Below, in pieces: positions 36,938-45,323 of a DNA stretch of 52,712 bases (the stretch's first letter is position 1; each line of letters opens with the position of its first letter). The DNA comes from a virus (Duplodnaviria > Caudoviricetes): IMG/VR virus record IMGVR_UViG_3300021520_000236, positions 1-52,712 of that record. The stretch is one strand, 5' to 3'. Made by a program: the position numbers and the translations under genes. The notes under the pieces were generated by a model. It was not told where the DNA came from and ran no database searches. It saw nothing but the letters and a program-made list of their open reading frames with translations.

Positions 36938-37257
36938 AAAATATCGCGGAGCCTGTATATGACCGCCGCCGTGGGTTCCGCATCCTTCCAGAGCGGCGTT
37001 TCCCATCGGTCAACCACGGCTTGCGCGGCCATCTCCACTTCCTCCAGACGCTCGGCATGTTGCCAAAGATTTTCCCTGAGTTTATTGTTTTCCGCGATCA
37101 GTTCCCGAACCCGATGGACTACCGAGTGACCGGGGGCAATCGGCGTTCCGATAGCCTCCGCAATTTGCTGGAGATGTTCCGCGAAGCGTGTCCGCATTTC
37201 ACGCGCGGCAGAATACGCGGATTGTAGGTCTTTGTGGTCCGGATATTGAGAGTTCAT
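36895..37257 (-). CDS. Cassette-borne hypothetical protein
   Basis: AQAVVDRWETPLWKD motif; stop inside S4. Confidence 0.7.
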   Translation of the reverse strand: MNSQYPDHKDLQSAYSAAREMRTRFAEHLQQIAEAIGTPIAPGHSVVHRVRELIAENNKLRENLWQHAERLEEVEMAAQAVVDRWETPLWKDAEPTAAVIYRLRDILANAKVADPKDSAH

Positions 37258-37664
37258 TCCTTTTCCTCCAAGAGCAGATGCAGGATATACTGTTCCTCCC
37301 CCATGATCTTTTGGCAGAGTTTGTCGCAGTCGAGTTGGCGCGAGTGCCTGAGATCAGATCCAGCCTTCGCTTGCTCCTTGAGTTTTGCGGCGAGCGCATA
37401 CGCCTCATTCAGATTCTTGAGGTTGGCGACATGGGTTCTGATTCGCTGGTCCATCAAGGCCAGCTTGCCCTTGTAGATCGGCGGGAGTTTCGAGATCAGG
37501 CCGGTGATTGACAGGTATTGATCCCATGCGTCGTCTCCGGTCCTCCATTGCATTTCGCAGGATGCCGTTGAGCGGAATCCTTTCGGGGTCCGCTTCATCT
37601 TTTGCACGGTGATTATCAGTTTGTCCCGCATGTCGGCGGGGTTTTCGTCGGGTGTCAGTTTCAT
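37254..37664 (-). CDS. Cassette-borne hypothetical protein
   Basis: ATGA-coupled to 36895-37257. Confidence 0.65.
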   Translation of the reverse strand: MKLTPDENPADMRDKLIITVQKMKRTPKGFRSTASCEMQWRTGDDAWDQYLSITGLISKLPPIYKGKLALMDQRIRTHVANLKNLNEAYALAAKLKEQAKAGSDLRHSRQLDCDKLCQKIMGEEQYILHLLLEEKE

Positions 37665-37671
37665 AAAAATT

Positions 37672-37737
37672 GGCTAACAATGTGGTGCAGGAGAATGGCT
37701 CCGCTTCGCTACGCCATCCCTGACCACTGCGTTAGCC
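37672..37737 (+). repeat. attC-like site S5
   Basis: GGCTAAC-AAT-GTGGTGCAGGAGAATGGC ... GCCATCCCTGACCAC-TGC-GTTAGCC. Confidence 0.92.
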
Positions 37738-38015
37738 TTATCGTGGTGACTCACCAGTATTGCGTGCTCCTTGTCGGCGTTGGTCACAATCTCTCGTAGT
37801 CTGTCGTTTCCCCACCTTAACTCCGGCCCGAGGGTGGCAAGTGTTCCGTCCACACCGCTGATGTAGTATTGCACATCCCCACCATACAGCCCGTAGTGGA
37901 TTCTTTCTTGCAAATCCACAGGTAGAGCGGCTAACAGCCCATCCACCGAATCCTCACCCGTGCGGGCTTGGGGTGGTGGCTGCGTTTCAGTTTCGTTCGA
38001 TGTCGTAGTTTGCAT
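37674..38015 (-). CDS. Cassette-borne hypothetical protein
   Basis: Starts in S6 loop, stops at the TAG of S5 R''. Confidence 0.65.
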   Translation of the reverse strand: MQTTTSNETETQPPPQARTGEDSVDGLLAALPVDLQERIHYGLYGGDVQYYISGVDGTLATLGPELRWGNDRLREIVTNADKEHAILVSHHDKANAVVRDGVAKRSHSPAPHC

Positions 38016-38059
38016 ATTAGTCTTTCTTTGGGTGAGGATCGGTGATGGTGATGTTCGGC
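37929..38059 (+). repeat. attC-like site S6
   Basis: GGCTAAC...CCATCCACCGAATCCTCACCC / GGGTGAGGATCGGTGATGG...GTTCGGC; extra C and A. Confidence 0.92.
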
Positions 38060-38730
38060 CTACGGCAGCGGATGCCTTTGGTGACAGTAGGCCATGGCAA
38101 GTAGCAAAGCTCTTTTAGAAGCCGGAAGTTCTGGCATACATCCCGCCATTTTCCATCCCAGCGGACCTGATCGCCTTCCTGCAACTTTGTGCCGGGTTCA
38201 AGCTCGTTGGGATCGCGTTCAGAGTCGAAGTGTTTGCCGCATCCGCCTTTGTCTTTTTGGCAGTAGTGCCCGAAGTAGTGAGTTCCATCGAAGTCGATGT
38301 CTCTGGTCCATGTATAGACGTGTTCCTTGCTGTGGCATTGCGGGCACGATATGGCCGAACATGCGATGGAGCGAACCACAGGCCGCTCGGGAGTTTCATT
38401 TGGATTCATAGGTTTTTCTTTCTGCGGCCCGTGGCCGCTCATCTGGTCGTTCGACAAAATACCGCGCACTTCCGAGAGCGGAATGTCGCTGCCTTTCCCA
38501 GATGAGATATGCACCGGAAACGCCCGATTTGAGAAGTCCATGAGACATCCCTTTGAGCAGATGTCCCAATCCTTTTGCCGGTTTAGTTCCACGAGTTGCG
38601 TTGAGCCTCCATGTTCCTTCAGCGAATACCAGCCGGAGAACGGATGCCCTCCGATCCAGCCGGAGCCTTCGTCGGTGACTTCCTTCCCGCAGACATCGCA
38701 TTTCAGAATTGTTGATTTTCGAGTTGCCAT
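38017..38730 (-). CDS. In-frame fusion of two cassette ORFs (two Cys-rich domains) through S7; internal ATG at 38409
   Basis: CDVC...CSKGC domain, attC-encoded linker, CPQC...C......C domain. Confidence 0.65.
   Translation of the reverse strand: MATRKSTILKCDVCGKEVTDEGSGWIGGHPFSGWYSLKEHGGSTQLVELNRQKDWDICSKGCLMDFSNRAFPVHISSGKGSDIPLSEVRGILSNDQMSGHGPQKEKPMNPNETPERPVVRSIACSAISCPQCHSKEHVYTWTRDIDFDGTHYFGHYCQKDKGGCGKHFDSERDPNELEPGTKLQEGDQVRWDGKWRDVCQNFRLLKELCYLPWPTVTKGIRCRRPNITITDPHPKKD
38354..38455 (+). repeat. attC-like site S7
   Basis: GCCGAAC...GATGGAGCGAACCACAGGCCGC / GCGGCCCGTGGCCGCTCATC...GTTCGAC. Confidence 0.88.
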
Positions 38731-38736
38731 AAAAAT

Positions 38737-38838
38737 GTCGAACCAAGTCGTCCAGCGAACCCCTACCCGCCAGACGGTTGTTTTTGATTTTCGGGATTCT
38801 CGCCAGCGGGCAGGGGCCGCTGACGACCGACGTTCGAC
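38737..38838 (+). repeat. attC-like site S8
   Basis: GTCGAAC...GTCGTCCAGCGAACCCCTACCCGC / GCGGGCAGGGGCCGCTGACGAC...GTTCGAC. Confidence 0.9.
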
Positions 38839-39260
38839 AAAATATGGGATGCGATTTCGTTGACCTCACCGCAGGAAAGGCAGTCCTCGTGGCATCCTGC
38901 GTAGGATTCCGTTTTGATCTTTTCCATCGCGGCGCGAAACTGGCCGTTTCGTTTCCAGTGCCGGTCGCGTTGTGCGAGAGTTGCGATCAGGTCCGCTTCG
39001 AGCTTGTCCCCGGCATTGATGAGCCTCGCGTTCTCGGCGGCGAGGTTGTCGCGCTCTTTCCTGTCCTCATCGCGAATAATTTCCCCATCGCGCCACATGT
39101 TCAACTCGGTTTCGATGGAGGCGTTCTCGGATTCAACCTTGTAGTATTTCGCAACGATGTCTGCGGCGGCGAGCAATGCGGGGACCTTCCCTGCCAGCGT
39201 TCCTTTTTTGAGCGTGGCGGCTAGCTCGCGCAGGGTGGTTTCGGTTTGGTTGGTGGTCAT
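38763..39260 (-). CDS. Coiled-coil hypothetical protein ending inside S8
   Basis: Heptad pattern; C-terminus NVGRQRPLPAG is attC-encoded. Confidence 0.7.
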   Translation of the reverse strand: MTTNQTETTLRELAATLKKGTLAGKVPALLAAADIVAKYYKVESENASIETELNMWRDGEIIRDEDRKERDNLAAENARLINAGDKLEADLIATLAQRDRHWKRNGQFRAAMEKIKTESYAGCHEDCLSCGEVNEIASHILSNVGRQRPLPAGENPENQKQPSGG

Positions 39261-39320
39261 ACGTTCAAAAAGTCCCGCCGCGCTGGCCGTGAGGGGTTGT
39301 GATATTCAATGTCATAAATG

Positions 39321-40841
39321 CTATAATAACTTTGCTGGTTCCGGTTTCGTGTAGATCGGGTTGTATCTGTTGAGCCTTCCCCGGATTATCACCCTGTCTC
39401 TTTCGGCCTTTGCGAGAGCATCGTAGGCGACGGACTTCCCGCATCCGGTGAGGTCTTTGATCTTGTAAAGGAGTTCTGTTCTCGTGATCTGATCCTCGAA
39501 AAGATCGGCAACGTCTTGGCTTGAAAGTGCGGCCTTTTTATTCCCTGGCGCTTTCTTTTCGAGCCCTACGGACTGCCGGAACTCCTCCGGGTCGAAGTCG
39601 GGGTTAATCCGGTAGATCCCAACTTCCTCATCAAGCATCACGCCCATCTCCGGGAACTGTGCGCCGTTGTTGTTCTTCCCGCATGCCATTACCATCAGGC
39701 GCGGGTTGTCCGGGTCTTGAGGTGCCAGGTTCACCTGTGCACGGGTCCATGCGTAGAGAGCTTTTGAGTTGCGCCCGAAAGATGATTTGTCCCATCCTAC
39801 GGCCTTTGCGGCTCCGAGTTTTCCGGTAGCCGAGTGATGCACGACGACAGGGACACGCTGCGGGTTCCCCTTCTTGACCGCCCGAGAGAGAGCTGTAACA
39901 ACCTGCTTCATGTCACGGTCGTTGTTCAGTTCCAGACTGGTGAAGGTATTGAGCGGATCGAAACAAACGAAGTGCGGGTCGTGGTCGGCAATCGCTTGCT
40001 CGATATGCCGGATCTCGTCAGTCTCCAAGTCGAGGAAGGTATCTTCGTCCTTCTCTACCGTGTGGATGACAAAGCAGTCGTCGATAAGAAGCGTATCCTC
40101 TTTTTGAAATCCCAACCCTCTCACCATCTTGGTGATGTCAGTTTTTAGGCGGCGGTTTGAGTTCTCCGTTTGGAATACGAGCCACTTCTTCCCGCGAGCG
40201 TGTGTTTCAATCCCGAGGAACGGGCGCCCGGTTATCATGCAAAAAGCTAGCTGCATGAGGAGTCTGCTTTTCCCGATCCCTCCGGGGCCGAGGATCGTTA
40301 CCGGCTGGCTGGCGGCGATGATCCTATCCCCGAAATAATTGTCGGACTCGTCGAAGTCCATATTCACGAGTTCTGTAATCGTGCGGATGGACAGGCGGGA
40401 CTTCTTGCTTTTTACCGTGTGGTTGAGCTGCTTGAAGTTCAGCGCGATCTCTGTCGGGTCTTCGCCCTTCTTCACCGCTACTTGGATTTGCTGTGAGACG
40501 GTCGAGTTGTGCGCGTTGACCTTGTGCTTCCAGAGGGTTTCGCAATATCCCTCGAAGACTGCCGGGACCGAAGACTGCCCCTCGTTTATCAGGGCATCCG
40601 CGATGGCCTGGTTCACCTCCGGGGAGCCGCCAGCAAAGAAGCTCGCGATGGAAAGGTAATCGAATGTCTCCCCGTTCTCGTGCCGCCTTGCAAGTTCTGC
40701 GAATACCTGCCGGTAATGGTCCGCGACGAACGATTCGGTAGTGACCTCGTATTTGTCAACGATTCCCCAGCGGTCTTTCCCTGACAGGAGCCCGGCGAGG
40801 ATGCCGAGTTCGGCGGCTTGTGTCGGCCAGTTGTTCTTCAT
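39321..40841 (-). CDS. RepA-like SF4 helicase (AAA_25) with DnaB-like N-terminal domain
   Basis: GPGGIGKS, QTEN, FDPL, VVHH, R.S, KNN. Confidence 0.85.
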   Translation of the reverse strand: MKNNWPTQAAELGILAGLLSGKDRWGIVDKYEVTTESFVADHYRQVFAELARRHENGETFDYLSIASFFAGGSPEVNQAIADALINEGQSSVPAVFEGYCETLWKHKVNAHNSTVSQQIQVAVKKGEDPTEIALNFKQLNHTVKSKKSRLSIRTITELVNMDFDESDNYFGDRIIAASQPVTILGPGGIGKSRLLMQLAFCMITGRPFLGIETHARGKKWLVFQTENSNRRLKTDITKMVRGLGFQKEDTLLIDDCFVIHTVEKDEDTFLDLETDEIRHIEQAIADHDPHFVCFDPLNTFTSLELNNDRDMKQVVTALSRAVKKGNPQRVPVVVHHSATGKLGAAKAVGWDKSSFGRNSKALYAWTRAQVNLAPQDPDNPRLMVMACGKNNNGAQFPEMGVMLDEEVGIYRINPDFDPEEFRQSVGLEKKAPGNKKAALSSQDVADLFEDQITRTELLYKIKDLTGCGKSVAYDALAKAERDRVIIRGRLNRYNPIYTKPEPAKLL

Positions 40842-41032
40842 TTCTTGGCCTTCGGGATGACGTGACGGTCAACGTAGTTTTGCAGGTGCTCTTTCGCTCT
40901 CTCCGCGTCAACGCGACCCTCTTCCGTGTCCGGGTAGTCGAAGCACTTGATTGGAAGAGGCGCGGACCTTTCCAGCCTGTGACCGGCTGGCCCGTGCTCT
41001 GTCCATAGTTGTAGGCGTAGGGAGATTGTCAC
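40838..41032 (-). CDS. Hypothetical protein
   Basis: Coupled to helicase start. Confidence 0.55.
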   Translation of the reverse strand: MTISLRLQLWTEHGPAGHRLERSAPLPIKCFDYPDTEEGRVDAERAKEHLQNYVDRHVIPKAKK

Positions 41033-41107
41033 GCGGCGAAAAGGTTCAGCTGCGATTTCGCGGACACGAGGAACCGTTGACTTTGGTTTTGATGAAATCG
41101 TCGTAGT

Positions 41108-41344
41108 TCATTTATCGGCCTTGCGTTTCCGGCAACGATCAATCGCCTGCCGGATTGCTTTTCTTTCTTCCGGGTCAAACGCGGCGATCTTCACGTCCGG
41201 GAAGTTTTGAAATTCGGGGAATGTTTCGATTATTACGGTGATGCAGCCTCCCGGCTTTCCGAGGTGGTCTAGCATCGGTTGGATGCGCCTTGTCCATTCA
41301 ACCTGGTTGAATAGCGGCGGGCATATTTGGAATGTCAGGCCCAT
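41108..41344 (-). CDS. Hypothetical protein
   Basis: Fits the operon. Confidence 0.55.
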   Translation of the reverse strand: MGLTFQICPPLFNQVEWTRRIQPMLDHLGKPGGCITVIIETFPEFQNFPDVKIAAFDPEERKAIRQAIDRCRKRKADK

Positions 41345-41354
41345 CGGGAGTCAG

Positions 41355-41816
41355 TCAGGCGTTGCAGAACTTGTCACGCGCATAGGCGGCAACGGCGAGA
41401 GCGGCCCAAACGTGCGACTTGATACCGTAAGTCGGTCCCGGTTCTTTCTTCGTTCCTTGCGGTCCAAGGCGGTCAATAAGTGCCTGCCGTATATTGGCGT
41501 CTTTCGCCCGCATGCTGCCGCAGAGATGAATCTTGATGTCCTTTCGGAAGATCAGTTCAAACCCTGAGTCAAGCGACCTCGCTTCCATGAACCGGCCAAT
41601 CCAAAGGCATGTTTCAAAAGTCTCGCGTCCTACCGGCATTCCATATGAGGCGATCATCTCGCAAGCGACGAGTGCCGGCCACGGTTTGAACAGTCTGCCA
41701 GATAGCCAGTCGCGCACGGTCTGGTTTTCCTCAAATCCGTGCGATGCAATTCCGTCATTGTCAAGAATGACGAACGCGCTATGCGTCGTGCCTGGGTCAA
41801 TAGCCAAGATAGTCAT
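41355..41816 (-). CDS. RuvC-like Holliday junction resolvase
   Basis: ILAIDPGTTHS, EMIASYGMPVG, IGRF, AKDANIRQALIDR. Confidence 0.85.
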   Translation of the reverse strand: MTILAIDPGTTHSAFVILDNDGIASHGFEENQTVRDWLSGRLFKPWPALVACEMIASYGMPVGRETFETCLWIGRFMEARSLDSGFELIFRKDIKIHLCGSMRAKDANIRQALIDRLGPQGTKKEPGPTYGIKSHVWAALAVAAYARDKFCNA

Positions 41817-41992
41817 ACAAAGTTCAAGTCGTGCTTACGGGCGATCCAGTCAGACGCCAGAATAAATCCTTCCCTTACCCGGCATTCGCTGCGGGGAAGC
41901 CAAGCGGTAACTCTCCGGTGCGCTTGGGCTTGGAATATCAGGACAGCTTTCGCGGTCTTGCGGATTATCTGGCATCTGACTTTCACGCTCAT
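41813..41992 (-). CDS. Small hypothetical protein
   Basis: T.KAVL...WLPRS motif; coupled to neighbours. Confidence 0.55.
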   Translation of the reverse strand: MSVKVRCQIIRKTAKAVLIFQAQAHRRVTAWLPRSECRVREGFILASDWIARKHDLNFV

Positions 41993-42204
41993 CAGAGTTG
42001 TTCCACTGAATTTGTGGAAAGGAATGTCTCGATGTGGCGAGGGAGAATAAGAACCTTTCCACCTATCTTGCAAAATCCAATCCTTCTGGCCGCAAGATGC
42101 GCGTCAATAGTCCTAAGCCCCATGTTGAGCATGGATGCAGCCTGTTGGCGGGTGTAAGTTGTTATTCTCGATACTTGTTCGATTTGTGTGTTTTGTTTTT
42201 TCAT
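41992..42204 (-). CDS. HTH_17 excisionase-like DNA-binding protein
   Basis: YTRQQAASMLNMG.RTI......I...KIG.KVLI....IE.FL. Confidence 0.8.
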   Translation of the reverse strand: MKKQNTQIEQVSRITTYTRQQAASMLNMGLRTIDAHLAARRIGFCKIGGKVLILPRHIETFLSTNSVEQL

Positions 42205-42473
42205 CAGAGTTTCATTTCGGTTTGCTGCGGGTCGCGGACCATGAACTCGGTTTCGTCGGTGTGCTTCACCGCGTATCCGATCTTAATTTTGACCGCTCTG
42301 CTTTGCCCGGAGTGGTCGAGAGAGATTCCGAGGGACACGTTTCCGGATTGTCCCTCAGTCTCTCCGATCATCTTTTGGATGCCGGTCCAGTTGGCTTCCA
42401 GAATGTCGGAAAGCATGGCTTGGACTTCGGCGAGCTCCTTTTCAGAAAAGGTCTGTTCGGTTGGTTTGCTCAT
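42204..42473 (-). CDS. Hypothetical protein
   Basis: Coupled ORF ending DPQQTEM. Confidence 0.65.
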   Translation of the reverse strand: MSKPTEQTFSEKELAEVQAMLSDILEANWTGIQKMIGETEGQSGNVSLGISLDHSGQSRAVKIKIGYAVKHTDETEFMVRDPQQTEMKL

Positions 42474-42476
42474 TTT

Positions 42477-42911
42477 TTAGATTCCTACTTTTTGTTTGTG
42501 TGCGATTTCACGGTGATGCTTGAAGCACATCCAGCGAACCGCCAATGGTTTTGAATAGTCGAGGTGGTGAGCCTGTGAGTTGGCTTCTCCGCAAACTTCA
42601 CAAGGCATCCGGGTAATCCGTCCGTCTCTGATTGCGTTTGATACAGCCGATAGCGCCTTGCATTTCTGCGGGTTTTGAATCCGGCGCTTTTTGTTGTATT
42701 CGCGCAGTTGCGCTTTTCTGTGTTCTGACTGAAACCTTGCCTTTTCGTATGCTACTACCTTCGCTCGCCCTTCTTGAGACAAGTATCTGGCCGTCACGTC
42801 CAACTTTGTGCATTCCTTGCACTTGTTTAAGTGGCCGTCTGCCATCTGCGGATGGGGATAGAACTCAGAGAGTTCTTTTTCCCCACCGCATTTGAAGCAT
42901 TTCTTCGACAT
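42477..42911 (-). CDS. HNH-type endonuclease with N-terminal zinc finger
   Basis: C.KC...K...EFY...CKEC; CEVCG...AHH.DYSKPL.V.W.C..HH. Confidence 0.85.
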   Translation of the reverse strand: MSKKCFKCGGEKELSEFYPHPQMADGHLNKCKECTKLDVTARYLSQEGRAKVVAYEKARFQSEHRKAQLREYNKKRRIQNPQKCKALSAVSNAIRDGRITRMPCEVCGEANSQAHHLDYSKPLAVRWMCFKHHREIAHKQKVGI

Positions 42912-42946
42912 TACAGGTTGCGTTTTTAACGAGGTATTCGCGCCTC

Positions 42947-43489
42947 TCAGTTAAAAGGTATGTCGTCTTGTCCTTCGGGGGCCGCGTTCGCCGGACCGTC
43001 AGCCTTCGCCGCTGGTGCCGCCGTGCCGCCGTTGACCGTCTTGGCGATAGCCTTGGCCTTGCGCCCCATCTTTGAGATGAGAGAGGCAACTTTAGCCCCG
43101 TCCATCTCCTTGCCGCAGCCGCCCGCGTTGTTCAGCCATTTGGCTTTGATGCGCGTCTCGCCGTTGTAGGTTTCGGACTCGGCCACGATCTCGCATTCCG
43201 AACCGGCAAAAGAGAACGTGCCGTTGTGCAGCGCGTCCATGTCGCCGTTCCATTGCGGGAACGTCTTGCAGAGGTTTTCGATGGTCCGGTCAAAGGCGGC
43301 GTCCGAAAGCCATCCTGTATAGACGATCTCCTTGCCTTGCTGGTCCCCGGCCTCTGTGACTTTGCACGGGATGCGGATGAATGGCGTTTGCTTCTCGCCA
43401 GCCTCGCCAAACCACCCGTTGCCGGGTTGCTTGACGACGCAAAGGTAGCTGCCGGCCTTGTTGACGTATTTGTTGTTTTCTTCGCTCAT
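42947..43489 (-). CDS. ssDNA-binding protein (DUF669-like)
   Basis: G.Y, TP.I, KWLN, DDIPF tail. Confidence 0.75.
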   Translation of the reverse strand: MSEENNKYVNKAGSYLCVVKQPGNGWFGEAGEKQTPFIRIPCKVTEAGDQQGKEIVYTGWLSDAAFDRTIENLCKTFPQWNGDMDALHNGTFSFAGSECEIVAESETYNGETRIKAKWLNNAGGCGKEMDGAKVASLISKMGRKAKAIAKTVNGGTAAPAAKADGPANAAPEGQDDIPFN

Positions 43490-43492
43490 GTT

Positions 43493-44386
43493 TTATTTGG
43501 TTTTTGGTTGGAGTGATTGGAGTTTCGCGATCCCGCCTTTCACGCGGTCGGGCGGGAGCGAAGTGACATCCACCTTTGCCCACTTCTCGCGATCGGCTGC
43601 GGGCATGTCGGCGGTTTTTAGGAGGGCGAGGTATTGCTCGCGGAGTTTGTCTGGCCGGTTGGCTTGAACTGCGGCGTCGAAGTCTTCCCACGAGAGCGGG
43701 AGAGTTTCTGGGAGTCCCAAGCGGTTCTTGGCGTCCCATCCTGGGCTCCATTGCGTGTGGATGATCCGGTCGCCTCCGATCACCTTTTCGCGCTGTTCGC
43801 CCTTCTCCTTTGTCTTGAAAACCTCATAGACCGCAAACAAGCACGCATCCGGCCACTCGCGGAGAATCCCGGTGAATCCGCGATGTCCCTTGCTTTCATA
43901 ACGATCCCAAGTCGTTCCGTCCGGGGAGTTGAAAGGCTTGATATGGACGTGCGAGAGGAGAACGATTCCCATTTTCTGCTGCTGGCGCAGGTGGTCGAGT
44001 TTGGAAAGAAGCAACACAAGCTCTTGCTCCGCGACTTTGTAGCCCTTCCCGTAGCCATAATCCTCGATGCTAGCCTTGCTGTCGCGGGTGCAGACAAACG
44101 AATGGATTGACCGTTCCAGCCAGTCCATCGTGTCAATCACAAGCGTCTTGTATTCCGAACCGTTAGCTGCCAGTTCGTCAACGATAGCCGTGACATCCGC
44201 AAACGTCTCAGGTGTGACGCGGGCAACGTGATCCAATCCGGTCAAGCCGTCCTCTTGGCTAATGAAGAGAGGGAATGGGGCGGATGCTCCAAACGTGCTT
44301 TTCCCGATTCCTTCCGGACCTGCGAGTGACACGCGGGGAGGCAGGCTCTCTCCACCGCGTTTGATCTTACTGAGGATTGTGCTCAT
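43493..44386 (-). CDS. AAA_24 (Sak4-like) ATPase, paralogue of 4968-5885
   Basis: GPEGIGKST, LVIDTMDWLE, GYGKGY, EWPD, WDAKNR. Confidence 0.9.
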   Translation of the reverse strand: MSTILSKIKRGGESLPPRVSLAGPEGIGKSTFGASAPFPLFISQEDGLTGLDHVARVTPETFADVTAIVDELAANGSEYKTLVIDTMDWLERSIHSFVCTRDSKASIEDYGYGKGYKVAEQELVLLLSKLDHLRQQQKMGIVLLSHVHIKPFNSPDGTTWDRYESKGHRGFTGILREWPDACLFAVYEVFKTKEKGEQREKVIGGDRIIHTQWSPGWDAKNRLGLPETLPLSWEDFDAAVQANRPDKLREQYLALLKTADMPAADREKWAKVDVTSLPPDRVKGGIAKLQSLQPKTK

Positions 44387-44389
44387 AGA

Positions 44390-45319
44390 TTATTTTGTGA
44401 TGAATGTTTTCAAGTAGGCTTCGCATCCGGCGTGGAATGACGATCCAAGCCGCAATGCTTCCGATGTCTCCGCGATCTTCTCTGTCGGGGTTTCGTATCG
44501 AAGTTGGTGATACCTTGCGCACTTACGCAGGGCCGAAAGTCGGGAGTTGGTGAGAAAGTCCTTCCCCTGTTCGGTGATAAGCAGCTCCGCGTGTTTGGTG
44601 ACTTTCTCTCCGTAACGGATGCCGTCCACGGTCGCGCGGCCAGCGCAGAGGTCGAAGTATTCGCATTGCCCGTAGGCCGTGCATGCGGACGGGTTGCGCG
44701 GCCAGAGGTTATGCTGGCGGGAGTAAAGGATCTGCTTGGAAAGCTCCCAGGCGTCCTTGCAGTAATCAACCAGGTCGGAGTCTGAGCGGGGGATTTCCTT
44801 CTGGACAAAGAAGGCGGCGGGATTCTCGCGGATGTTTTCCAAGCAACGGTCAAAGAACTCCTGCGGAGTCTCCGGGTTCGGTTTGTCTTTCCGAAGCGGT
44901 TTGATTCCCGGCTTCTTGGCGACATCATAGACCACGCTGCGGACATCCTGACCGCCTTGCATCACGGCAAGAACATATTTGCTGATCTGTCCATCCATCG
45001 CGAGACGCGCCCAATAATCGCTTTCGGGCTCGACTGACTCGCTGGTTGTCTTGTGTTCCAAGACTTTGATTGCACCGGATGTCTTGTGCTTTAGAACGCC
45101 GTCGATCTTCCCGGCTTCAACGAATGTCTTGGACGGGCTTTCGGTTTCCGGGTTGAGGAGCGGGAATGTAAATTCAAGCTCCACGCTGATAACCTCGTGC
45201 TCCGCGAGCACCGGCCCGATGTTTTCCACCCATCCGACAAACATGGCGTGCGCCTTGGCGGTCGAGTGGTCGTATTCTGCTTTTTGGAAAGTTTCCTCTC
45301 CTGGGTATGGTCTTGTCAT
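44390..45319 (-). CDS. PD-(D/E)XK Cas4/AddB-like nuclease, apparently circularly permuted
   Basis: VE, GKID, EHKT, Q...Y, C.....C.Y..LC, then LTNSRL....KC.R...LRY...ALRLGSSFH at the C-terminus. Confidence 0.85.
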   Translation of the reverse strand: MTRPYPGEETFQKAEYDHSTAKAHAMFVGWVENIGPVLAEHEVISVELEFTFPLLNPETESPSKTFVEAGKIDGVLKHKTSGAIKVLEHKTTSESVEPESDYWARLAMDGQISKYVLAVMQGGQDVRSVVYDVAKKPGIKPLRKDKPNPETPQEFFDRCLENIRENPAAFFVQKEIPRSDSDLVDYCKDAWELSKQILYSRQHNLWPRNPSACTAYGQCEYFDLCAGRATVDGIRYGEKVTKHAELLITEQGKDFLTNSRLSALRKCARYHQLRYETPTEKIAETSEALRLGSSFHAGCEAYLKTFITK

Positions 45320-45323
45320 AAAG

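Noticed and set aside
35517-38838. Hairpins as terminators, REP elements or CRISPR repeats
   Set aside because: No U-tracts, sequences are not identical, spacing is gene-sized, and the AAC/GTT cores with one-sided extra bases fit attC.
35683-38863. Plus-strand ORFs (35683-36237, 36451-36792, 36817-37227, 38327-38863) as the true cassette genes
   Set aside because: They run through sites, show no motifs and shadow tightly packed minus-strand ORFs, one of which is a well-known phage family.
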